Part shown: one piece after another, positions 32,201-42,247 of the stretch
Position numbering within the stretch: position 1 is the first letter of the stretch
Layout: every line of letters begins with the position of its first letter
Assembly (NCBI GenBank): GCA_934183185.1
Contig: CAKPSO010000002.1
Location: 3,050-67,049, forward strand
Direction: 5' to 3'
DNA from: an uncultured Bacilli bacterium
GTDB lineage: Bacteria; Bacillota_I; Bacilli_A; RF39; UBA660
DNA: 64,000 bases
Notes under the pieces: model-generated
Database searches by the model: none
What the model was told of the DNA's origin: nothing
What the model saw: only the letters and a program-made list of their open reading frames with translations
Position numbers and translations under genes: made by a program

Positions 32201-32218
32201 TTAGAGTTTGTAAAGGTA

Positions 32219-32764
32219 TTAAACTGTCATTAATTCAGTTTCTTTTTCTTTTAGTTTTTCTTCTATTAATTTATTGAATTTATTTACTAAGTCTTGAACT
32301 TTATTTTCTAGACTTTTCTTTTCATCATCTGAAGTCTCTTCTTTTTCAATATCTTCTAAGCTTTCATGTCTAATATTTCTAATAGATACTTTACCATCTT
32401 CTGCCATAGCTTTAACTTGCTTGGTAAGCTCTTTTCTTCTTTCCTCAGTTAATACTGGAATGATGATACGAATAGATTCTCCATCATTATTTGGAGTATA
32501 TCCTAAATTAGATTCAAAAATAGCTTTTTCGATTGCACCTAAAGAGCTTCTATCATATGGTTTAATTAATAATTGTCTTGCTTCTGGTACTGATATAGTA
32601 GCTACTTGCTTTAATGGAGCTTTACTTCCATAATAATCAACTGTAATACCGTCTAAACTAGATGGATTAGCACGTCCTGCACGTACAGTTGAAAATCTAT
32701 GATCTAGATTCTCTAAAGTTTTGTTCATTTTTTCTTCTGTTAACTTAATAACATCTGTATTCAT
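32219..32764 (-). CDS. frr: Ribosome recycling factor
   Basis: 181 aa RRF. Confidence 0.9.
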   Translation of the reverse strand: MNTDVIKLTEEKMNKTLENLDHRFSTVRAGRANPSSLDGITVDYYGSKAPLKQVATISVPEARQLLIKPYDRSSLGAIEKAIFESNLGYTPNNDGESIRIIIPVLTEERRKELTKQVKAMAEDGKVSIRNIRHESLEDIEKEETSDDEKKSLENKVQDLVNKFNKLIEEKLKEKETELMTV

Positions 32765-32838
32765 ATATTTAAATCTCCTTTATTTAACTTATATTCTTAT
32801 TTTAACATTATTAGCATTAATAAACAATAGAAATTTTG

Positions 32839-33987
32839 TTAAGAGGTTACTCTTTTCTTTTTAGATATAAAATTATTGATTAGAATAAATATAATAGAAA
32901 ATATTACTATGACTAGCATATTTATAAATATTGGTAACATATTAGATAAATTCATTACTTCAATAGCTGATAATATATTATTTGAATTAATATACCAGTA
33001 TGCTGGTAGAATATGAGCTACTGTTAGTATTGATGATGGTAACCATTCTGCAGGTATAAAAGCCCCACATAAAAAGGCAGACCCCAAAGCTATTACATTC
33101 ACAATACCACTTATAGCTTCCTTACTACTTACTATAGTACTTATTAATAGGGCTATAGTTAGAGAACAGAATGTAAAAATAAAAGTATTTATAGAATAGA
33201 TTAAACCTTTTATGGTAAATAAATCTCCCTTAAATAGGAACATTCCTAGTAAAATATATAATAACCAAACAATACATGTATAAATAAAACTTGCTAATAA
33301 GATATATTTATTATGAGTTTTATAATTCATACTACTGATAATAGTTCTCTTACGTATAGATTTTTCATGGAAACTAGATAATACTAAACAGATTATATAA
33401 ATAACTACAGCCATAATACTATAACTAGCAAAGTTAAAATATCTAGATACCTTATTCTCAGTATTAGTATCTATTTTAGAGGTTACTTCTATACTTGACT
33501 TTTTATCTAGACTTTGATTAATAGATTCTATTAGATTGCTTTCATTATCAGTAGTCTTAGCATAAATGTTCTGTGTTTTTAAGTATCTAGAGAGCATCAT
33601 TTCAGTTAGACTAGACATATAATCTTTAGTAGATTTAATATCTATCTTAGGATTCAGACCATTTAAAATATCTTTTCTATAACCATTAGGTATATAGATA
33701 ATATAATTAATTTCTCTATAAAATAGAGCATCATCTCTAGCTTCTTCACTATTCTTTACTTTAATAATATTACTATTATTTTCTAGATATTTGATTAGAT
33801 TAGCTGTAAGGCCAATATTCTCATCATTATTTACTATTAATATATCTGGTTTACTAGCAGTAAAAGTAGTAGTCTGATTATTACTTGATGCATTCATACC
33901 ACCAAATATAATAAGCATAACAGTATATATAATAATGGTAACTTTATATTTTTTAACTATTTGCCAATAAGTTTTAAATACTGTCAT
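32839..33987 (-). CDS. ABC-2 type transporter permease
   Basis: Polytopic membrane protein with large extracytoplasmic loop, downstream of ABC ATPase. Confidence 0.6.
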   Translation of the reverse strand: MTVFKTYWQIVKKYKVTIIIYTVMLIIFGGMNASSNNQTTTFTASKPDILIVNNDENIGLTANLIKYLENNSNIIKVKNSEEARDDALFYREINYIIYIPNGYRKDILNGLNPKIDIKSTKDYMSSLTEMMLSRYLKTQNIYAKTTDNESNLIESINQSLDKKSSIEVTSKIDTNTENKVSRYFNFASYSIMAVVIYIICLVLSSFHEKSIRKRTIISSMNYKTHNKYILLASFIYTCIVWLLYILLGMFLFKGDLFTIKGLIYSINTFIFTFCSLTIALLISTIVSSKEAISGIVNVIALGSAFLCGAFIPAEWLPSSILTVAHILPAYWYINSNNILSAIEVMNLSNMLPIFINMLVIVIFSIIFILINNFISKKKRVTS

Positions 33988-35155
33988 ACTTTTCTCTCCT
34001 TAATCCCTGATATGATATTAATAGCATTATAATGGAAAATACTAACAGACTAACTATATTAAAATAATATCTATTTAAAGTATCGTAATAATATAGGGAA
34101 TACAAACCATCAGTTATCATATTAGCAGGATTTATTCTATTTAATATAGGAATATTTTTATCGATAATGTATTTCATAGTAATACCCATCATTCCAGATA
34201 GAAAACTAAAGAACATGGTAATAGCTATCATAATACCTGTTTTAGTATTACTATTAGCTTTAATAACGGTAGATATCATAATACCAAAGGTTAATCCTGC
34301 TAGAGAACCTATAGCAGCTAATAATAATACTAGTGGTAAATTAGTACCGTAATCGACTTTAATTACTAGTATAGTATAAATAAATAATATCATTAGTCCT
34401 AGTAATTGAATAATATAACTAGCTAACAAACTACTAAGTAAAAGCGATGATTTATTGATTGGTGATATGGCAGTTCTCTTACCTACGCCACTCATATTAG
34501 CTAGTTTATAGTTCATAATAAACATTGATATTATGCCTCCATATAGACTAGCCATAGCTATTAGTGTGTAGTATTCAATCATAGTATAACTTAAATTAGT
34601 ATTAGAAATATCATTTATCTTAATATTAGTATTAGATATTAGATTTATGACGTTAGAATATATCTTCTCATAATCAATATTGGTATTACCACTGGCTAAT
34701 TCTTTAGCTATTTCTTGACTAGATAAAGTGTTTATTATTTCTTTCTGACTATTTATTTCATCTACTACGTATCTAAGTATAGTTTCATTAATACCAGATT
34801 TTTTAACAGTTATATTTACGTTATTATCTTTAAAGGTTAAATAGCCTGTAATTTTATCTTTAGCTAACATATCTTTAGAGTTAGATAAATCAGTATAAGT
34901 AATATTAAAAATTTGATTTTTAGTATTTTTATTACTTAAGCTTTCTATAGTATTTTTAAATATAGTGTCGTTTTGATAGTCACTATTATCTATAATAGCT
35001 ATATTTATGATATCTAATGATTCTTTATTTTCAATATCAGAAAAAGCCATATTAAAGAATGTACCTAATATAATAGGAAAGATAAAAGTCCAGAATAAAA
35101 GCATTTTATTTCTTAATAGAGTTTTTATAGTATATTTAAAGTTATGCCAAAACAT
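33974..35155 (-). CDS. ABC-2 type transporter permease
   Basis: N-terminal TM, large extracytoplasmic domain, five C-terminal TM helices. Confidence 0.6.
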   Translation of the reverse strand: MFWHNFKYTIKTLLRNKMLLFWTFIFPIILGTFFNMAFSDIENKESLDIINIAIIDNSDYQNDTIFKNTIESLSNKNTKNQIFNITYTDLSNSKDMLAKDKITGYLTFKDNNVNITVKKSGINETILRYVVDEINSQKEIINTLSSQEIAKELASGNTNIDYEKIYSNVINLISNTNIKINDISNTNLSYTMIEYYTLIAMASLYGGIISMFIMNYKLANMSGVGKRTAISPINKSSLLLSSLLASYIIQLLGLMILFIYTILVIKVDYGTNLPLVLLLAAIGSLAGLTFGIMISTVIKANSNTKTGIMIAITMFFSFLSGMMGITMKYIIDKNIPILNRINPANMITDGLYSLYYYDTLNRYYFNIVSLLVFSIIMLLISYQGLRREKYDSI

Positions 35156-36093
35156 TAGTCTCTTAGTTCCTTTCCAGTTAGTTCTAGGAAAACATCATTT
35201 AGGGTTGGTCTTTCAGAGAATATTTTACTATAAGTAATTTTATTTTCCTTTAGATAATCTATTAAGTCTATTAAGTTATTTTTACCCTTCTTATAAGTAA
35301 TTATTAGATTAGTTCTGGTTTTAGTTACTTCTGCTACATTTTTAAAGCTTTTTATTTCTTCTAAAATAGTAGGTGAAATACTATCTATTTCTATAGTTAT
35401 CTTTTCTTCAATATTAGCTAATGCTTTTAATTCATCTTTATCTCCGGTAGCAAGTATTTTACCTTTATCAAGAATAATAATACGATCACATAATATTTCT
35501 GCTTCTTCCATATAGTGAGTTGTGTAGATGATAGTTGCACCACTATCTCTAAGCTTTTTGATTCCATCTAGAATGTTGTTTCTGCTTTGAGGATCAACTG
35601 CTACTGTTGGTTCATCTAGGATAATAAGTTTGGGTTTATGTGCAATTCCACAAGCGATATTTAGACGTCTCAATAGGCCTCCTGATAGCTGTTTGGGATA
35701 GAATTTTTTAAAGTCCTGCAAACTAACTAAGTTAATTGCATCTTCTATATACTCCATTCTAATAGTTTTATCTTTAATGTATAGTCCACAGAAGTAATCA
35801 ATATTTTCATATACTGTTAGTTCTTCAAATACTGCTACTTCTTGGAAAATAACTCCTATTTGAGATTTAGTTTCATATGAGTCAGGAGTCATTTCTTTAT
35901 CAAATATCTTAATACTACCATTTTGAAATTTTAATAGTGATAAGATACAGTTTATGGTTGTTGATTTACCGCTACCATTAGGTCCAAGTAATCCTAGTAT
36001 TTCTCCTTCTTTTACAGTAAATGATAAATCATTAATAGCAGTAAGTTTATTATAAGTCTTAGTCAAGTGTTTAATTTCAATTATATTATTCAT
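35155..36093 (-). CDS. ABC transporter ATP-binding protein
   Basis: Walker A GPNGSGKST, signature LSGGLLRRL, Walker B LILDEPT. Confidence 0.85.
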   Translation of the reverse strand: MNNIIEIKHLTKTYNKLTAINDLSFTVKEGEILGLLGPNGSGKSTTINCILSLLKFQNGSIKIFDKEMTPDSYETKSQIGVIFQEVAVFEELTVYENIDYFCGLYIKDKTIRMEYIEDAINLVSLQDFKKFYPKQLSGGLLRRLNIACGIAHKPKLIILDEPTVAVDPQSRNNILDGIKKLRDSGATIIYTTHYMEEAEILCDRIIILDKGKILATGDKDELKALANIEEKITIEIDSISPTILEEIKSFKNVAEVTKTRTNLIITYKKGKNNLIDLIDYLKENKITYSKIFSERPTLNDVFLELTGKELRD

Positions 36094-36178
36094 GTTTCAC
36101 CTCTTATATTAAATGATATCATTATAATATTAATTTTAAAAATAGTAAACAAAAAGAAGGCCTAAGCCCTCAGTTTGA

Positions 36179-37057
36179 TTAATCTCCGTTTACTTGATTC
36201 ATTACTTCTTCAGCAAAGTTTTCTTGTCTCTTTTCGATTCCTTCTCCTACTTCATAACGAACCATAGATACGATCTTTCCACCATTTGCTTCTACATATT
36301 GTTTAACAGTTTCTTTATTTTCTGCTTTAATAAAGATTTGATCTTCTAAGCAAATTTCAGAATAGAATTTATTTACTTTTCCAACTAGAATATTATCAAT
36401 TCTGTCAGCTGGTTTACCTTCATTAAGTAATTGTTCTCTCATAACGTCTTTTTCACGTTCTAAGACATCAGCTGGAACTTCACTACTATTTAAGTATAAT
36501 GGATTCATAGCTGCTAAATGCATAGCTACTTCTTTTGCTACTTCTTCGTTTGCTCCTTCTAATACTACTAAACTACCAATTCTACCACCCATATGAGAAT
36601 ATGAACCAAATACTTGACTATCAGTTTTTACAACTTTTTTAAATCTTCTAAAGCTAATTTTTTCTCCTATTTGAGCAATAGCACTAGCTACCATATCAGA
36701 AATAGTTCCAGATGGCGTAGATAATTTAAGAGCACTATCCATATCAGTAACGTCATTATTCATAAGTACATCAGCTAATTCATCAACAAACTTAGTAAAT
36801 TTTTCGTTTTTAGCTACGAAATCTGTTTCTGAATTTACTTCTAATATAACGGCTTTGTTACCATCTATTAACATTTTAGTAATACCTTCAGCTGCAATTC
36901 TTCCTTCTTTTTTAGCAGCTTTAGCCATTCCGTTTTCTCTTAGCCAATCAATAGCCTTATCCATGTCACCATTTGATTCCTGTAATGCTTTCTTACAGTC
37001 CATCATTCCGGCTCCAGTTCTTTCTCTTAAGTCTTTAACATCACTTGCACTAAACAT
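36179..37057 (-). CDS. tsf: Elongation factor Ts
   Basis: MFSASDVKDLRERTGAGMMDCKKAL N-terminus. Confidence 0.95.
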   Translation of the reverse strand: MFSASDVKDLRERTGAGMMDCKKALQESNGDMDKAIDWLRENGMAKAAKKEGRIAAEGITKMLIDGNKAVILEVNSETDFVAKNEKFTKFVDELADVLMNNDVTDMDSALKLSTPSGTISDMVASAIAQIGEKISFRRFKKVVKTDSQVFGSYSHMGGRIGSLVVLEGANEEVAKEVAMHLAAMNPLYLNSSEVPADVLEREKDVMREQLLNEGKPADRIDNILVGKVNKFYSEICLEDQIFIKAENKETVKQYVEANGGKIVSMVRYEVGEGIEKRQENFAEEVMNQVNGD

Positions 37058-37076
37058 ATTAAAATCCCTCCGCTAA

Positions 37077-38015
37077 TTATTTACTTAATACACTGATTAA
37101 TTCAGCTTTTTTCATTGAAGTATATCCGTCGATTCCTTCTTCTTTAGCCATTGCTTTTAGCTCAGATACTGTTTTCTTTGATAAATCAACTTCTTCAGTA
37201 ACTTCTGCTTTAGTTTCTTCTTTCTTAGCTGGTTTTTTTTCTTCAGTAGCAACTTTTTCTTTTACTTCTTCTTTTTTAGTTTCTCTCTTAGATATTTTAT
37301 TTTTATCTTCATCAGTTAAGTAATCTATCATTTCATTTCCATTAGCTTCTGCTATAGCGTTTCCTAAAACACCAATCATTAATTTAACACTTCTTACAGC
37401 ATCATCATTACCTGGAATAACATAGTCAACCATATCTGGATCACAGTTAGTATCAACTACACCAAATACTGGTATACCTAAAATTCTAGCTTCTTTTATA
37501 GCTATTTCTTCTTTACGTGGGTCAACAATTACTAATGCATCTGGGATTTTTTTCATATCACGAATTCCACGTAAGTTTTTATATAATTTATCGTATTCTT
37601 TTTTAATTCCGATAACTTCTTTCTTAGGTAATACTTCAAATACACCGTCAGCTTCCATCTTTTCGATATCTTCTAATCTTTTAATTCTTGAACGGATTGT
37701 CTTAAAGTTTGTTAAAGTTCCTCCTAACCATCTTTCGTTAACGAAATACATGTTAGTTCTTGTAGCATTTTCTTCAGCTGCTTCTTGAGCTTGTTTCTTT
37801 GTACCAACAAATAAAACTTTTCCTCCATTAGCTGCTATTTCTTTTAATGCTTTATATGCTTCTTCTATTTTCTTAGCTGTTTTTTGTAAGTCAATAATGT
37901 AAATATCATCACGTGATGTAAAGATATATTCTTTCATTTTTGGATTCCATCTTCTCTTTTGATGTCCAAAATGTACTCCTGCTTCTAATAAATAATTCAT
38001 TGAAACTACTGTCAT
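37077..38015 (-). CDS. rpsB: 30S ribosomal protein S2 with ~70-aa Lys/Glu-rich C-terminal extension ending in a Rho_N/SAP-like motif
   Basis: S2 core then KKEEVKEK...[36 protein letters not shown]. Confidence 0.9.
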   Translation of the reverse strand: MTVVSMNYLLEAGVHFGHQKRRWNPKMKEYIFTSRDDIYIIDLQKTAKKIEEAYKALKEIAANGGKVLFVGTKKQAQEAAEENATRTNMYFVNERWLGGTLTNFKTIRSRIKRLEDIEKMEADGVFEVLPKKEVIGIKKEYDKLYKNLRGIRDMKKIPDALVIVDPRKEEIAIKEARILGIPVFGVVDTNCDPDMVDYVIPGNDDAVRSVKLMIGVLGNAIAEANGNEMIDYLTDEDKNKISKRETKKEEVKEKVATEEKKPAKKEETKAEVTEEVDLSKKTVSELKAMAKEEGIDGYTSMKKAELISVLSK

Positions 38016-38108
38016 ATTATATTTCTCCTTTTCGTTTTTCTTCTATTAATTTCTAAAATTCATCACCATAATTGGCACTTGATAAATCAATTCATTAATA
38101 TGTTTATT

Positions 38109-38663
38109 TTATTTTAAAGCTTCTAGTAAGTCAGCTTTTTTCATTGAAGTATATCCTTCAATACCTTTTTCTTTAGCCATAGCTTTTAATTCAGCTACTG
38201 TTAATTTAGATAAGTCTTTTGCTTCTTCTTTTACAGTTTCTTTAACTGTTTCTTTTTTAGCAGCAACTTTCTTTTCTTCTTTAACTACTTCTTGTTTAGT
38301 AACTTTTCCTGCTTTACCATCTTTAGCTATTTTAACTAATTCAGTAAATGCTTTTGGATCGTTAATAGCAAGTTCTGATAACATTTTTCTGTTAATTTCA
38401 ACTCCTGCTTTATTTAATCCTTCAATAAATCTTGAATAACTGATGTCGTTATTTCTACAAGCAGCATTGATTCTTGCTATCCACAATTTTCTGAAATCTC
38501 TTTTCTTTTGTTTACGATCTCTAAATGCATATTGTCCTGAATGCATTAATTGTTCTTTAGCTGTTTTATATAATCTATGCTTGCTTCCAAAATATCCTTT
38601 AGCTTGTTTTAATACTTTTTTATGACGAGCCTTTGTTACAGCTCCATTTTTAACTCTTGCCAT
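38109..38663 (-). CDS. rplT: 50S ribosomal protein L20 with ~65-aa C-terminal extension ending in the same Rho_N/SAP-like motif
   Basis: L20 core (~117 aa) then [13 protein letters not shown]...[35 protein letters not shown]. Confidence 0.9.
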   Translation of the reverse strand: MARVKNGAVTKARHKKVLKQAKGYFGSKHRLYKTAKEQLMHSGQYAFRDRKQKKRDFRKLWIARINAACRNNDISYSRFIEGLNKAGVEINRKMLSELAINDPKAFTELVKIAKDGKAGKVTKQEVVKEEKKVAAKKETVKETVKEEAKDLSKLTVAELKAMAKEKGIEGYTSMKKADLLEALK

Positions 38664-38684
38664 AGTTTTTCCTCCTCAACAATA

Positions 38685-38873
38685 TTAAATAATATTTTTA
38701 AATCTCTTAGCGTCACCTTTACTTAGTTTAGCGCTCTTTCTTACTTTACGATTAAATGCTGAAGTTTTACTTCCAGTATTATGTCTGCTACCTGGATGCC
38801 CCATAGTTACAGTTCCACTTTTTCTTACATTTAATACTTTCTTAGTACCTTTATGTGTTTTTAATTTTCCCAT
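38685..38873 (-). CDS. rpmI: 50S ribosomal protein L35
   Basis: MGKLKTHKGTKKV... 62 aa basic protein. Confidence 0.85.
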   Translation of the reverse strand: MGKLKTHKGTKKVLNVRKSGTVTMGHPGSRHNTGSKTSAFNRKVRKSAKLSKGDAKRFKNII

Positions 38874-38883
38874 AAATATCCTC

Positions 38884-39417
38884 CTATTTTTCCTTTTTTG
38901 GTGCTAATAACATAGTCATGCTTCTACCATCTAGCTTAGCTGTCTGTTCTACTAAAGCAATATCATTTAGACGTGAAGCAAACTTTTCTAGTACTTCTTT
39001 ACCTAATTCAGTATGAGCCATTTGTCTACCTTTGAAACGAATTGATAATTTGATTTTATCTCCCTTTTCAAGGTATTTTGTTACGTTACGAAGTTTAGTA
39101 TCAAAGTCACCAACATCAATTACTGGGGACAAACGAAATTCTTTTATTTGAGAATTGTTAGCCTTTTGTTTCTTGCTAGCTTCTTTTTCTTTTTTCTGTT
39201 TTTCATAACGATATTTGTTATAATCCATAACTTTACATACTGGTGGATTAGCATTTGGGCTTAATAATACTAAATCTAATCCTGCATAGTTAGCTAAAGT
39301 TAGAGCATCTTGAATTGGTTTAACTCCTACTTGTTCTCCATTAGGTCCGATTACTAGAACATTGCTTATTTTGATTTGTTCGTTAATAAGCAAATTGTTT
39401 TTATTATTTGCGATAAT
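38884..39417 (-). CDS. infC: Translation initiation factor IF-3, probable AUU start
   Basis: IF3 N and C domains (VLVIGPNGEQVGV..., DFDTKLRNVTKYLEKGDKIK); ORF-track ATG lies inside the GGAGGUG RBS, AUU 5 nt downstream of it is the likely start. Confidence 0.85.
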   Translation of the reverse strand: MIANNKNNLLINEQIKISNVLVIGPNGEQVGVKPIQDALTLANYAGLDLVLLSPNANPPVCKVMDYNKYRYEKQKKEKEASKKQKANNSQIKEFRLSPVIDVGDFDTKLRNVTKYLEKGDKIKLSIRFKGRQMAHTELGKEVLEKFASRLNDIALVEQTAKLDGRSMTMLLAPKKEK

Positions 39418-39430
39418 TAACACCTCCATT

Positions 39431-39463
39431 AAATATAAAAAAGTGAATACGAATGGTATCCAC
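39431..39463 (-). promoter_or_regulatory. Leader attenuator/terminator upstream of infC (candidate L20 autoregulation site)
   Basis: Minus strand GUGGAUAC-CAUUC-GUAUUCAC then UUUUUUAUAUUU just 5' of the infC RBS; upstream AUAUCCACCCGAUUACGAAUAG could compete. Confidence 0.4.
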
Positions 39464-39568
39464 TTAAATCACAAAATTACTAATTAATATTAGTTACTCT
39501 GGCATTTAACCCAAAACTATTCGTAATCGGGTGGATATTTCATCGCTTTCCTTTTTTAAATCTTCTTA

Positions 39569-39597
39569 ATTTTACTAAAAATATACGTAATTGTCAA
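39569..39597 (-). promoter_or_regulatory. Sigma-A promoter of infC-rpmI-rplT operon (-35 TTGACA, 17 nt, -10 TAAAAT)
   Basis: Seen on minus strand ~140 nt upstream of infC. Confidence 0.45.
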
Positions 39598-39678
39598 TAT
39601 TTTATGATGAATTTATATATTTTCACGTAAATTCGTAGATTTATTAAAAGTCAATATCGAAATACTGACTTTTATAAT

Positions 39679-42234
39679 TTATCTTGTTTTTTGCACTGAT
39701 TCTTCTACTACTTGATCAACACTATCCATTGCTTGTAAATCTTCTGAGTAGGATGATTGTTGTTCAAATTGTTTGATCAATTCATCTTCATCAAAATATG
39801 TAGCATTTGGTGGAGTAATATTACCATCTACGATTGGTGCATAATCAGGTGTTGGTGTAGGATTAACATCTGGCGTTGGAGTAACGTCTGGTGTTGGTTC
39901 TACAGTAGGTTCAGTAGTAGGTTGTGGGGTAATAACAGGTTCAGGTGTAGGAACATCTTTATTAGAATCTTCACTATTTCCTTTATTGATTACATCATCT
40001 ATTGTACCATTATTCCCTGTTGGATCAGTAGTTATTGTTCCAGGCTGAACATAATCTGGAACTTTGTTTGCTTCTTGCATACGTTTTTGATAGTCAGCTT
40101 GGCCATCTGATTTACCTTGGCTATAAGCACTACGGATAGTGCTATTTGCTGATGATGCATAACTACTATTATACTCATCTGTTCCACCTTGATTATAGTA
40201 GTTATAGGTATTAGCATATACGTTTTTATATAAGTTATCTAAGCCATCTTTCTTTGCTTTCTCATATCTATTTTTAACATTGGCATCGGTAGATGTTGAA
40301 TACTTAGTCATTTCACCAGTATTACCACTGGCAAAATAGTTAAATACATCATTATAATCAACTTGAAGTGCTGCTTTTTCTTGTCTTGCAATTTGCTCAT
40401 GTTTTTGCTTTGTGGCATCAGTATCTCTTTCAGAACCTACTGCTTTAGATGCGTCTTCTTCAGACTTAATAATTCCAGCTTCTGCCTCTGCTGGTGTGTT
40501 ACCATTGGCTACTAATGAATCTTTAGCTGCAGCTGTATTAGATGTTTCTAATATTTCTTGAAGTTTACTAGAATATGCTTTATCTGAGCCACCAATTTTT
40601 GATAATTCTTGTAAAGCTGTTTCAGTAACTTTTTCCCAGAAGGTATTAGAGTACATTTCGTTTTTGGTTAATGATTCAAGTTTTTGGTTAAGCATTGAAG
40701 CTATTAAATCATTATCATATGTATACTTAGTAAGTTCACCAATTACTGCATCTTCATTATCAAAATTCATATTACTAACTGCTTCAGCTACTTTATCAGC
40801 ATCTATTTTACCATCTTCGTCAGTATATACTGTAAGTTGTGCTTTTAAAGCTTGTTTATTATCTTCAACCATTTTGTCAGATGTCTCTAAATTTACTCTA
40901 TACTCATCGGCATCTCTAAATTTTTCTTCTTGTTCACCGCAAGATAAATCAGCTATACTTTCCTTAGTTCCATCTATTCCAAGATAATATTTTTCAGGAT
41001 TATATCCTAATTGTTTTAAGAAGTGGTTTTCATCAAACTCAGCAAATCCTTGAACATATCTACTCATAAATACTTCATCGAATAGATCTACCTTTACTTC
41101 AACTTCTTTAGCAGTACCAGTTGTATATATAGTCATTTTATCTTTATAATTTCTTAAATCAGCTTCTCTTTGATCTGCAGGTAACATTGTTCTTAATAGA
41201 TAAGAAGTTGAGCCAGCACGTGCTTTAGTTTCTTTACCTTCAATATCACTATTGAAGTAATCTTTATACATTTCTTTTTCTGCTTGCATTAATGTTTCTT
41301 TTTCATTAATTCCGGCACTCATCATTTTAGCATGATGTTCTTCAAATGTATTTATTACTTCTTTATCATGTTCATCATTGAAAAGTGATGAAATATTTGA
41401 TGTCTGATTACTTAATGAATAATATAAATTCATTTTTTCCATGAAATCATTACTTAAATCCATTATTTCATCAGCATTTATATTGCTTCCATTACAGATA
41501 GTAATTAATTCCTCATCAGTAAAATTATTAAATCTTAAATAGAAAGCCATTGTTTCTTTTGGCGTAAATCCAAATCTTGATTCTTGACCATTATTATTAG
41601 TTCTTGTCATCCAAGATTGTGAGTTATTGAATTCAAGTAGCCAAGTGCCTACTTTTGTCCAAGCTTCTTTTTGAATACTATCAATAGCATTTTCTGTGTA
41701 ATAATCCCAATCTTGACCATCCATACTAGGTTTTACTATCTCATCATTTACTTCTTCTTGAGTTTCTTCTGTAACTGGTTCTGCTTGATGATTACGAGCA
41801 TATGTAACACCCGCAACAGCTCCAGCTGTTACAGCAATGCCCAAACCAGTAAGTGCCATAGCTGTAGTAAGACGTGATTTACCGTTATTATCAACATTAT
41901 CATTCAAACTATCTCTATATTGTTCATATAATTCTAAACTTTTAGAGTTAGAAGCTTTGAAAAATTGTAAATCTTCTGAATCTTTTAATACTCCATTTTG
42001 TTTATTCAATGTGAATGAATTAGCAGAAAGACATTGACTAAATAATTTAGTCATATTTTGTCTTCCTTTAATATCATTCATTGCTTCGGCACTTACTATA
42101 CCATTTGTACCATCAGCATATTCAATTAATAATTGATAAACGCAATCTTTTTGAGTAACTTTAGGATCTGTTGCTTTATCAATTAATACTACTTTTAAAT
42201 TTTTAATATTTTTTGTATTAATTTGTTCTTCCAT
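39679..42234 (-). CDS. Large bitopic protein: ~120-aa cytoplasmic N-domain, one TM helix, ~700-aa extracellular domain, PT-rich C-terminal tail
   Basis: TM LTTAMALTGLGIAVTAGAVAGV; C-terminal TPEPVITPQPTTEPTVEPTPDVTPTPDVNPTPTPD. Confidence 0.45.
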   Translation of the reverse strand: MEEQINTKNIKNLKVVLIDKATDPKVTQKDCVYQLLIEYADGTNGIVSAEAMNDIKGRQNMTKLFSQCLSANSFTLNKQNGVLKDSEDLQFFKASNSKSLELYEQYRDSLNDNVDNNGKSRLTTAMALTGLGIAVTAGAVAGVTYARNHQAEPVTEETQEEVNDEIVKPSMDGQDWDYYTENAIDSIQKEAWTKVGTWLLEFNNSQSWMTRTNNNGQESRFGFTPKETMAFYLRFNNFTDEELITICNGSNINADEIMDLSNDFMEKMNLYYSLSNQTSNISSLFNDEHDKEVINTFEEHHAKMMSAGINEKETLMQAEKEMYKDYFNSDIEGKETKARAGSTSYLLRTMLPADQREADLRNYKDKMTIYTTGTAKEVEVKVDLFDEVFMSRYVQGFAEFDENHFLKQLGYNPEKYYLGIDGTKESIADLSCGEQEEKFRDADEYRVNLETSDKMVEDNKQALKAQLTVYTDEDGKIDADKVAEAVSNMNFDNEDAVIGELTKYTYDNDLIASMLNQKLESLTKNEMYSNTFWEKVTETALQELSKIGGSDKAYSSKLQEILETSNTAAAKDSLVANGNTPAEAEAGIIKSEEDASKAVGSERDTDATKQKHEQIARQEKAALQVDYNDVFNYFASGNTGEMTKYSTSTDANVKNRYEKAKKDGLDNLYKNVYANTYNYYNQGGTDEYNSSYASSANSTIRSAYSQGKSDGQADYQKRMQEANKVPDYVQPGTITTDPTGNNGTIDDVINKGNSEDSNKDVPTPEPVITPQPTTEPTVEPTPDVTPTPDVNPTPTPDYAPIVDGNITPPNATYFDEDELIKQFEQQSSYSEDLQAMDSVDQVVEESVQKTR

Positions 42235-42247
42235 TATGTTTCACCCC

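Noticed and set aside
39830-39960. Tandem short nucleotide repeats (also 43080-43260 and 2560-2660) that could look like a CRISPR or VNTR array
   Set aside because: They are in-frame Pro/Thr-rich linker codons inside long ORFs, with irregular units and no repeat-spacer structure.
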